Source: Andalucia godoyi And28
Taxonomy: Eukaryota; Protista; Jakobida
DNA: 64,000 bases
Assembly (NCBI GenBank): GCA_009859145.1
Contig: VRVR01000002.1
Span: 62,001-126,000, forward strand
Direction: 5' to 3'
A program made the translations under genes and the position numbers. Shown here piece by piece: positions 1-8,201 of the stretch; positions within the stretch are counted from its first letter, which is position 1, and the number at the start of each line of letters is the position of its first letter. A model generated the notes under the pieces. That model ran no database searches, was not told the origin of the DNA, and saw only the letters and a program-made list of their open reading frames with translations.

Positions 1-795
1 GTTCGTATGAAGACAAAGTTCGTGCACAAGCTTCCAATAGGATTCCCAGAAGGCCTGGCTCGCATCGTCGACAGCTTCGAAATAGAGAGGTGCATCGTGA
101 TCGCCACACCCAGGACAGTTCCAGTTCTTGGCTTCGTGGATCCATCGTCGAACGCACGAGAGGATATCCGAATGAGAGATTTTAGAAGGTTCGGCAGAGT
201 ATGCTTTCAAAGACATCATCAATACTCGAGAAAGTCGAGGAAACAGAAGGGGCTCCGGAGACGACGTGAACTCTTCCTCCGACAGACACGTTCTCCTAGA
301 CGACACCACTTCCAATGCCGATCGCATCACACATTCGTGCAGTTCCGACCAGCATTGCAGAATGCCGTCGATAAAGTGCACGAATAGCCTTCTCAATCGC
401 TCCCGCTCCTGCAGAAACGTCGACCCGGATGTGTTCTTGCTGTGACTGCCACGATCAACTGCAAACCGCTCAAACATCTCTTCAACCGCCGCGCCAGCAT
501 TCAGTTCAATCGCTCCAAGCAGCGCCTGGCTTGACAGCAGACATGCACACATCCAGTCCTGATAATCATCCTCCGAATATACTGAGCGTGTGTCCGGACG
601 ACTTCTGGACAAGACTTCAAGAGCTTCGAGAGCGTCGGCAACCAAACGAGGCAGCGATCCGGCGTCGAAGCGAGCGGTTGAATGGACATCGCCAGGAGAG
701 CTGTTCTGAATGTTACGCATTGTGGCGACGCATTCATAGTACTCCGATTGCATTATTTTAAAAAAGTCCCATTCTGCGGCTTGAAGCTGTGTCAT
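1..795 (-). CDS. Partial CDS of unknown function, truncated by the left window edge and absent from the ORF track
   Basis: Manual translation gives a stop-free frame from ~855 to position 1 (MTQLQAAEWDFFKIMQSEYYECVATMRNIQ...SQAFWESYWKLVHELCLHTN), 265 codons from the ATG at 795. The sequence looks helical; no family recognised. It may have further upstream exons. Confidence 0.55.
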   Translation of the reverse strand, partial: MTQLQAAEWDFFKIMQSEYYECVATMRNIQNSSPGDVHSTARFDAGSLPRLVADALEALEVLSRSRPDTRSVYSEDDYQDWMCACLLSSQALLGAIELNAGAAVEEMFERFAVDRGSHSKNTSGSTFLQERERLRRLFVHFIDGILQCWSELHECVMRSALEVVSSRRTCLSEEEFTSSPEPLLFPRLSRVLMMSLKAYSAEPSKISHSDILSCVRRWIHEAKNWNCPGCGDHDAPLYFEAVDDASQAFWESYWKLVHELCLHTN

Positions 796-1084
796 GTACC
801 ATAAAATATTTAAATGAGTTTTTGTTTTGTTTTCTTTTTGGGTACACGGGGGCCGTTAAAACCCTGACGTGACAGCGTGGGACATTTCCATACAAGCAGA
901 CCTCTCGGGTTGCCGATGCGCTCGGGACAATCGCCTGCGTTGCACATTCGAAGCATGAAAATGGGCGCCGTAGCCGAGTGGCTTTTCAGAGCGTCCTGAA
1001 TGCATCTGACGGCCAGCCCAAGTGCTCACGCTAAATCACAAAACACTGTACGGCGTTACGGCGTACTGCTCGCCAGATTATTGA

Positions 1085-1495
1085 TCATCGGCTAAAGCTA
1101 TCATCGAAGGCAGATCCAAGCCACATGTTCTTTTTATTGTATTTTTGGGCACCAACTCTCCAATCCTGATCGTTCTGCACCAAGGGATCATCGCAACCAA
1201 CACATTCCCCAAGCGATTCAACATTCAAAATTGAACGATGATTGCGAACAGTGTTGGTCGCGTGGATGCGAAAACTAGCATCTCTCATTTGAGGACGCTG
1301 GAAATGCTCCAGACTACCGATCTTCTCGTGGATACGGAACATCCCGTGCATCCTTTCGTCGTGTATGGCTCTTTCACAACCTGGATTGCCGTCCCCAACT
1401 AAAGAAATGCTGGAAAGGAAATCTTTGTGCCAGTGAAGCATAATCCAAATGGTCGAGGGGCGGTTCTGATGCCGCCTGTCGTACGAGAATGACAA
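1085..1495 (-). CDS. Possible upstream exon or small ORF belonging to the left-edge gene
   Basis: 136-codon open frame of coding-like composition just upstream of the 1-795 ORF. I could not find a convincing splice path linking the two. Confidence 0.2.
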   Translation of the reverse strand: MSFSYDRRHQNRPSTIWIMLHWHKDFLSSISLVGDGNPGCERAIHDERMHGMFRIHEKIGSLEHFQRPQMRDASFRIHATNTVRNHRSILNVESLGECVGCDDPLVQNDQDWRVGAQKYNKKNMWLGSAFDDSFSR

Positions 1496-1558
1496 AGCAG
1501 GAGATTGTCATTGTCGCATCGCATTTGCTCCTTTCGCTTTCGCTCTTTCTTTTTCGTC

Positions 1559-1727
1559 CTCTCTCTCTCTTTCTCTCTCTTTCTCTCTCTTTCTCTCTCT
1601 CTCTTTCTCTTTCTCTCTCTTTCTCTCTCTCTCTGTCTCTCTCTCTTTCTCTCTCTTTCTCTCTCTCTCTTTCTCTCTCTCTTTGTCTCTCTCTCTCTGT
1701 CTCTCTCTCTCTGTCTCTCTCTCTTTC
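1559..1727. repeat. Imperfect (CT)n/(TCTT) microsatellite in a divergent intergenic region
   Basis: Directly visible CT-rich run interrupted by TT and GT. Confidence 0.95.
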
Positions 1728-1799
1728 ATTCATTTATTCTTTCTTCCTTTCTTTTTTGAATCTTTCATTGTACATATTTTTTAAAAGTGTCTGTTTTTA

Positions 1800-3441
1800 A
1801 TGGCGCGGAAGGCTGCGGTGAAGAAGCTCCTAAGGAAGCCTTCGTTGAAGCCAGCAGAAAAGGTTCGTCGAGATTCCTCTTCGGAAGAGGAAGCAGACAG
1901 TATTGATGTTTCTGCGAATCTAAAGCAGTACAAACCGTCTGCGGATCTTGCATTATCTGAAGAATCAGACAGTGAAATCGAAATTCCGTCGTTTGGCACT
2001 GCCGACGATAATGAACATGAGTCCGAGGAACCGGTTGTCTTTGCTAAACAACGTGAGGACGAGGATGATCAAATAGCATATTTGGGGTCAGAAAAAGATG
2101 GCGATGATGATGGTGATGCGAAAGTGGACGGGCTACTTCACGAAATGAGCGAAAAGCTGGGTGAGGTCGAAAACAACTTCCCAATTGTAATCGAACGATC
2201 GAAGCTTTCTGCCGAGTTGCGCGAGTCTGGTGTTTCATACCTGGATCTCAAGGCGGACCTGATGTTGTCTTATTTAACGCAGCTGGTCTTTTCCATGTTG
2301 CTCCAAGTGGAGGGCCAGTCTGTTAAGAACCACAGGATCGTTGAAGATCTGATCCGAACTCGAGTGATCTTGGAAAAACTGAGGCCTGTGGAAGGCAAGC
2401 TCAAATACCAAATCAACAAGCTCATCAAAATGGCTTCTGATGCTGCAGCTGGGCTGAAGCCGTCTTCTAATGAGGAGAACGATGTCTTGTCTCTGAAGCC
2501 CAAGCCAGAAAACTTTACTATGGATGATGACGAAGCGAATGATATTCTCGGAGGTATGTTGGCAGTTCCTGATCTTTGTTTCTCTTTTTTTCCCTTTCTT
2601 AATTTTATTTTTCATTTTATTTTTGGGGTGGGGGGGGGGGGGGCTTCATCCCACCTTCTGTTCTTCTTCATAGCCGCAAGTAACCAACCTGCGTCGGAAA
2701 ATTCATCTGATTGTAGGTCAAATCTTGTGGCGAGATCAATCCTTAACTGGACCGGGTCAAAAAAGCATTTGTCGTGTGATCACTGTCTATCGATGAACCG
2801 TCACGATCCCGGAAATTTCTTTTTCTTTTTTTCTCCTCAAACTCATTTTCCCTCTCTCCTCTTTTTCACAAATGATGTGCTTGAGCAGTTGGCTGACCCT
2901 AGTTGTTGTTTTTGAATCGACAGATGACGCAAAGTATGAAGCACCGAAATTTGCTTCGGTAGACCTCGAGTCTCGAACGGACAAACAGAAAAAGAAGGAT
3001 GAGCAAAAGGCAATGAAACTTGCGCGATCGTCCTCCATGCTTCGTGCCCTTCGCGAGGAGCTTTCCGAAGCCCCTGTCGCGGCGAAATCCATTGGCGCCG
3101 AATTTGATGTCGATGAGAGTGAAGATGAGCGCGAGCGCCGTGACTTTGAAGAAGATACGTTTACTCGCTTAGCTGTTTCTCGGAAAGATAAGCTGAAACG
3201 CAAAGAGAAGCAAAAGAAGGCCGGTTTTGGTGATGCATTTGACGATTTTGGCGATTTTAAAGACTTGGAGATTTTACAAAGTCTGGCCAACAAATCGGAG
3301 CGCATCGAACGTGAAGAGGCTGTTCGTGAAGAGGCGTACAAGACAGCTTTCAAGCAAATGTCCAAGGAGAAGGATCGCAAGCGATCGTTGGCCGCCAAGG
3401 ACGGCCCTGCTTTCAAGAAGCGACGAGTGACCCAGTCTTGA
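1800..3441 (+). CDS. NGDN: Neuroguidin/Lcp5-like SSU processome protein (Sas10/Utp3/C1D domain), join(1800..2553,2924..3441)
   Basis: Motifs GVSYLDLKADLMLSY...LIRTRVILEKLRPVEGKLKYQINKL, then KYEAPKFASV and LREELSEAP. The phase-1 intron 2554-2923 (GTATGT...GCTGAC...CAG) joins the two ORFs in frame. Confidence 0.85.
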
Positions 3442-3919
3442 GTCATGCTTTTGTTTTTTCATATTATGGTATTCTATTCTATTTTATTCTATTTTGATTG
3501 TGGATATTTCGATGAATTCGCCAGGAAAACAAGGGTAATGTATCATATTAAGGTCGTATTGGTGTACAGTATTCCGGAATCATTTTTATGCCTTTTCTCA
3601 CTGTCCGTGTTTTTTTTTGTTTCCCTCTTCTCTTGCATCGTGTCGATAGAATTCCCGTTTTATTCCGTTCGAAGCCGCTGCCACTATTTGCGATATGATG
3701 AAGCAATCTAAAGCGCACGCAAACAAACACACTGCCAAGCGCCCATGCGCATGTGTTTGCTATCTTGACAACCCCGTCACACGATGTCCCGATTCGTTTC
3801 GCCCCATTTTGATCATGAAATCCCTATAAACACGCCGCCGCGTGGCATTCTCGCACAGCGACGCTCATTTCTTATTGTTATTGTCCATGCAACGCACCAT
3901 GTACGTCACGCCCGCAACG

Positions 3920-4331
3920 CTGTGCAAGACCCATGACAATATCCACCGCCACCTTCCGGCGCTGGGCCGCCGCCAGGAAAGATCGCCAAGGCGACAACGA
4001 CGTGGCAGATGTTGACATGGGGCCATTATCAATTCCAGCAGCGGCTGCTCTTCAAAAATTGTGCGAAATCGCGGGGGCGGCAGGCGTCGGTTGTGACTTG
4101 TGACGGAGGAGTACACGTCTAAAACGTGCGGCCGTTGCGGAGGAAATCCATCGCAAGTTGTCTGGCAACAAGGTGGTGTGTTGCCCATCGTGCAAATGCA
4201 CGCTCGACCGCGATTGGAACGGCGCTCGCAACATCTACATCTATCTTGGGAACGTCTCTCATGCCGAGGGGCGTGCTCGGGCCTGCCCCCTTCCCAATCA
4301 TGTTATGCATGTTGTTGGGTTGCAGCATTGA
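3920..4331 (+). pseudogene. Frameshifted Fanzor2 / IS607-TnpB-like RNA-guided nuclease relic (C-terminal RuvC-II, Zn finger, RuvC-III)
   Basis: Pieces in successive frames: LCKTHDNI (3920), GKIAKATTTWQMLTWGHYQFQQRLLFK (3976-), VTEEYTSKTCGRCG (4100-), then IHRKLSGNKVVCCPSCKCTLDRDWNGARNIYIY (4146-) to TGA at 4329-4331. Order and content match TnpB/Fanzor2 motifs. No RuvC-I or transposase is visible. Confidence 0.85.
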
Positions 4332-4346
4332 TTATGGGTGGTCAGC
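4262..4346 (+). ncRNA. Candidate omegaRNA 3' scaffold plus flank-derived guide of the Fanzor2 relic
   Basis: Stems GGGGC(4268-72)/GCCCC(4285-89) and CCCAA(4293-97)/TTGGG(4315-19) with an inner CATG/CATG pair, followed by TTGCAG(4320-25). They overlap the ORF 3' end, where TnpB/Fanzor omegaRNAs lie. Boundaries are inferred. Confidence 0.35.
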
Positions 4347-4380
4347 GATGATTATCCGTGGTTACTGTACAATGTATATG

Positions 4381-5754
4381 CTAGGTGGCTTTGGACTTTG
4401 GGGTCGCAGTGAACAATCGAGACACAAGATTCTTGAGATGCACAGTGGGTTTCTCGACCAGCCAATAGTAAATCGCGGAGATGACCATGGACAAGAAGAA
4501 CAAAATACCAAAGTACTTCCAGAATACCACCGTGGAAAACTCACGGGTGACGGAATCTACCAAGATTTCGTGAGGATTGACGGTCATGAAGAAGCCGGTC
4601 AGTACGATAACGTGAATGAGAGAGAACGAATATCCGATGCTGGACAGCGGTTTCCAGATCCGCAAGGATGCTACGGCATTGAAGATCGATGCAAACGGCA
4701 TTGCGATTGACGCGGTCAATCCATCGCTCTGACCGGCAAGCAGTCCAATGAGCAGCCATGCTCCAAAACAGACACCCATAGCAGGCCGCATCAGTGCGAA
4801 GGCGACGCTCCAAAACAGCGGTGATAACGGGGGCGACTCGAAAAGCACGTTATGGAATGTGTAGAACCAAAAGATCGCAAACGTGGTCGGCAGTCCCATC
4901 CATGCAGCGATCGCCACTGCTCGCTTCTGGATCTTTGCAGTCGACGCAAATACAATCCACGCGACAAACGCGCCAATTGCAAACGACGGTCCGCGAGCCC
5001 CGTACCATGAGTAGTTCTGCAGGTACGAGTGCACCCTGACGGCGGAGTTTGGCTGCAGGTAATTTGCTTCGTACACGATCCCCATTTCTCGGATAATATC
5101 ATTCTTGTCGTCGAGAATCATGGTTTGTAGCGAAAACAAGTCAATTGGCGGCACAACGGAATCGTACTTCCTCCACTCAGACACGACAACGGGTGCAGTA
5201 GAAGCCAGCAGAATCGCAATCCACAGTTTGGCGGACCAGCGAAACGGACTGAAGACAAACACGAGTGCCAGCACAGACGGGAAGATCAGATCGAGTGGGA
5301 CAGACCACAAATGACCACCGCAGATATGAAGTGCCATGGGAAGTGTGTGGTGCTGAAGCGTGAAGTAGTACCAGGAGATATCACGGCATTGGCTCGACGA
5401 CACGTATGCCAGCAGCATAACGAGCACGTACGGAATGTACAATCGGATCAACCGCAAAATGCAAAAAACCACGCATTGTTGCATGGAAAGATGTCTTTTA
5501 TGACCAACAATCTGCTTGAGTTGGTAAAAGGCTAGAAATCCAGAGAGGAAAAACAAGACATCTGTCGCCAAATGTCCGTTTTGCATAAACGACCCGTACG
5601 CAAAAGACTTGTAAGACTGATACACACTCGATGACATGGCAAGTTTCAACGAAAACCAAAGTGAAAAATGAAACGAAAAGGTCCAAAGCTGCGCAAACCC
5701 TCGAATCCCGTCAAGCACACTTAACGCACTCTTATTTGCTTTCGAGCCCGTCAT
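4381..5754 (-). CDS. Acyltransferase-3 (OafA/NRF-6-like) multi-pass membrane O-acyltransferase
   Basis: LDGIRG, GHLATDVLFFLSGFL, GHLWSVPLDL, WKPLSSIGYSFSLIH and YYWLVEKP motifs with many TM segments. ATG at 5754. Confidence 0.85.
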   Translation of the reverse strand: MTGSKANKSALSVLDGIRGFAQLWTFSFHFSLWFSLKLAMSSSVYQSYKSFAYGSFMQNGHLATDVLFFLSGFLAFYQLKQIVGHKRHLSMQQCVVFCILRLIRLYIPYVLVMLLAYVSSSQCRDISWYYFTLQHHTLPMALHICGGHLWSVPLDLIFPSVLALVFVFSPFRWSAKLWIAILLASTAPVVVSEWRKYDSVVPPIDLFSLQTMILDDKNDIIREMGIVYEANYLQPNSAVRVHSYLQNYSWYGARGPSFAIGAFVAWIVFASTAKIQKRAVAIAAWMGLPTTFAIFWFYTFHNVLFESPPLSPLFWSVAFALMRPAMGVCFGAWLLIGLLAGQSDGLTASIAMPFASIFNAVASLRIWKPLSSIGYSFSLIHVIVLTGFFMTVNPHEILVDSVTREFSTVVFWKYFGILFFLSMVISAIYYWLVEKPTVHLKNLVSRLFTATPKSKAT

Positions 5755-6185
5755 TCTCCTCCTTTCCGTCCCTTCTCTCGCTAGTCTCTTTTCTTTTTTG
5801 TCCACTTTTCCACCTTGCCTTTCTCTGCAAATCTCTAAATTTCCTATAAAACTTTCTTTCTTTCTTTCTTTCTTACTTTAAATTAATTTTTTACTAAATT
5901 ATGAATTTGCTCTCTTTGGGTATTTTGTGTTTTTGTGGCTCGAAGTCCGAGCTGCCGAGCTTTCGAGTGCTCGTCTTCGTTCTTCCCGAAAATCCCCGAG
6001 TTCCGAAATTTCCCGAAAGCCTCAACTGATACTAAGGTGTCGTTGCGGCTGACCTCGAAGAAAACATTAGGACAATCAGGAAACGAAAGAACCCAGAAGA
6101 AGCGGGAAGAAGATGCCGAAGAAGCGGTGAAAGGGTCAAGAGACACGCACGAGACGAGAGACGAGAGACGAGACGAGAGACGAAA

Positions 6186-6551
6186 ATGGCGCTGGTGCTT
6201 GGTATGGGAGCTGGGGTGTTTTCAATTCTGTTGCTGTTTTTACTGTCGATTCTTGCGTGGTATCTTGCGTCCTACACATCGAAGTCCGTGTTGTACCATG
6301 TTATTATTATTGTGGTAATGTTCCTGCTGGTCATGTTCTTCATATTCGCGCCAAAGGGAGAGGACCTTGATCAGTATGGCAATGTAAAGGAGCAAGATGA
6401 GCAGTTTTGGTCCAGATTTGCCCTTGGATTCACTCTCTTCTTCATCGGCGTCCCCGTCGCAGCTTTGTTTGCGTGGGGCGAATGGGCAGTTGTTCCCATC
6501 CGAAACTCAAAGCCACACGACTCGTTCTCTCGGGTTGACCGTGTTCAGTAA
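6186..6551 (+). CDS. TMEM218: Transmembrane protein 218, ciliary transition-zone (MKS module) component
   Basis: N-terminal VLGMGAGVF motif, three TM helices, DEQFWSRF and C-terminal VPIRNSKP, resembling the TMEM218 layout. Confidence 0.8.
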   Translation: MALVLGMGAGVFSILLLFLLSILAWYLASYTSKSVLYHVIIIVVMFLLVMFFIFAPKGEDLDQYGNVKEQDEQFWSRFALGFTLFFIGVPVAALFAWGEWAVVPIRNSKPHDSFSRVDRVQ

Positions 6552-6557
6552 CACACA

Positions 6558-6599
<42 letters not shown>
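6551..6599. repeat. Compound (AC)n(GA)n microsatellite directly after the TMEM218 stop
   Basis: Directly visible. Confidence 0.95.
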
Positions 6600-6797
6600 A
6601 TTGGGACGAAAAAGGCGTGTCCTCGGTCTCTTTGTGTTTTCTCTGGCGCAAATAATGTATCTTGTTTCCCATCCGTCAATGATGGTAGTGCTGTGTTAAT
6701 TGGTCCTGTTGTTGTTCTTTATGTATATTATCATATGTTTTTCATAAATATAATACTCAATGTACAGTGCATGTGTGGGTGTGTGCGGGCGGGTGTG

Positions 6798-7847
6798 CTA
6801 TGGAGTGCAGTAGTGACCTCTCCAGGGTCGGTCGGTGGACAGTGGGTCGCGTTCACAAAGGTTCCAATCGGTGATTTGGACGCGATGCATGCGCTCACCG
6901 TTGGATCCCGTGATGCCCATCCATGCCTGGTTGTCATTGACCAGATTGATGGCACCTCGAAAGTCAAACGGAACGACCATCTCAGGAACAAGCATGTTGT
7001 CGATATAGACCACCAGGAAGGCCGGCTCAAAAAACGTGGAGCTGTCCGACGACTCGAGAAGGGACGAAAACGCCTTCGTGGTTGAGACATATCGCTGCTG
7101 AATCGGCAGTTTCTGATGGTAATAGGGGACATATGCCACAGAAGCTTGGTGCCAGAGTCCGTCCTTCATGGTTGCAACCACCGGATGCATGCCCACGGTC
7201 CCTGCCGTGTGATTCGCTGAAATGACCGAGTATCCTAACGACGTCTGGACCGCAACATGGCTGTCGAACGCATCGCTGACCTCGCCGTTGTAATGGGTGT
7301 CGAACTCGATCGCCACCGAGGACCACGACCAGTTTCCATATCCAATATGGTGTCCTGGAGTCGCGGGAACTGTGCCTACAATCCGCGGTTCATGCGAAGT
7401 CTGGAACACGAGTGCAAAGCCATCGCCACCTGTTCTCCGGCACATGTGGTTCTGCTGGTGTGACTGGATCGGCGGAAGATCCGCGACCTGACACACTTCT
7501 GGCGCATCGGAGATCTTGAACCGGAACGTCACTTCGAACCCATTCGTCACATTGACAGGAGGATGATAGAACACGTTTGCCCCAACACCTGGCACAGGAG
7601 CCACAAGATTGATCACCTGCCACGTTGCATTAAACTCCGGGAGAAACCGATACTGGATGGACGTCATGCTCTTGTTGTAGCGCGAAGTCTGCGAAAGATC
7701 GACCAATGCTCCCCGCGTGTCGCACACCAATGCCGAAAGCAGGAACCCAGTCACAAGAAGCAGCAACAACAGCACGCGGTATCGCTGTACACTCTGTCGC
7801 AAGCACCGGACGCCGTGATGACAGAACATCTCCATGGACTGGACCAT
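6798..7847 (-). CDS. Secreted or membrane L-type (legume) lectin domain protein
   Basis: Hydrophobic signal (VLLLLLLVTGFLLSALV), then GGDGFALVFQ, SVAIEFDTHYN, DSHVAVQT and QAWMGITGSNG. Start among the ATGs at 7847/7835/7829. Confidence 0.8.
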   Translation of the reverse strand: MVQSMEMFCHHGVRCLRQSVQRYRVLLLLLLVTGFLLSALVCDTRGALVDLSQTSRYNKSMTSIQYRFLPEFNATWQVINLVAPVPGVGANVFYHPPVNVTNGFEVTFRFKISDAPEVCQVADLPPIQSHQQNHMCRRTGGDGFALVFQTSHEPRIVGTVPATPGHHIGYGNWSWSSVAIEFDTHYNGEVSDAFDSHVAVQTSLGYSVISANHTAGTVGMHPVVATMKDGLWHQASVAYVPYYHQKLPIQQRYVSTTKAFSSLLESSDSSTFFEPAFLVVYIDNMLVPEMVVPFDFRGAINLVNDNQAWMGITGSNGERMHRVQITDWNLCERDPLSTDRPWRGHYCTP

Positions 7848-7903
7848 TTCTGAGACTCTCGTAACAAAGGAAGCTTGCTCTTTTTGCCGATTTCCTGGTT
7901 CTT

Positions 7904-7907
<4 letters not shown>

Positions 7908-7935
<28 letters not shown>
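7908..7935. repeat. (GA)n microsatellite in the lectin/URB1 divergent region
   Basis: Directly visible. Confidence 0.95.
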
Positions 7936-8201
7936 TGTTGCCGTATGAATGAGAAGGCAATGCGACCTGAGTGGGCGATTGACGAGCCTTTTTCGTTCAC
8001 ATTTTACGCATCTCGAATCCCAAAGGGGCCATTCAAGAGCTCCCTGCTGTAATCCAGGGCCGGAAGTCCCGCCGTCTCTATTGATGTTGCGCGAAAAATC
8101 CCTTCATGGAACCGAGTCCCGTCATCTTCATCGCCCTTCTCGCTTTCCATTTTTTTCTTTGACTGTTTTTTCTTTCTTTTTCTTGAAACACGATACGAAA
8201 G

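Noticed and set aside
860-1080. Possible third TnpB fragment (VGHFHTSR resembling VDEFRTS)
   Set aside because: No zinc-finger cysteines or RDxNA motif follow in any frame.
1374-1800. ORFs encoding RERERE or SLSLSL runs (also 16486-16781 and 27021-27386)
   Set aside because: They are translations of (CT)n/(GA)n microsatellites, not genes.
6150-6182. Short GAGAC/GACGA tandem units considered as CRISPR-like repeats
   Set aside because: These are simple 5-7 bp tandem repeats with no spacers; no CRISPR array or cas gene is present in the window.
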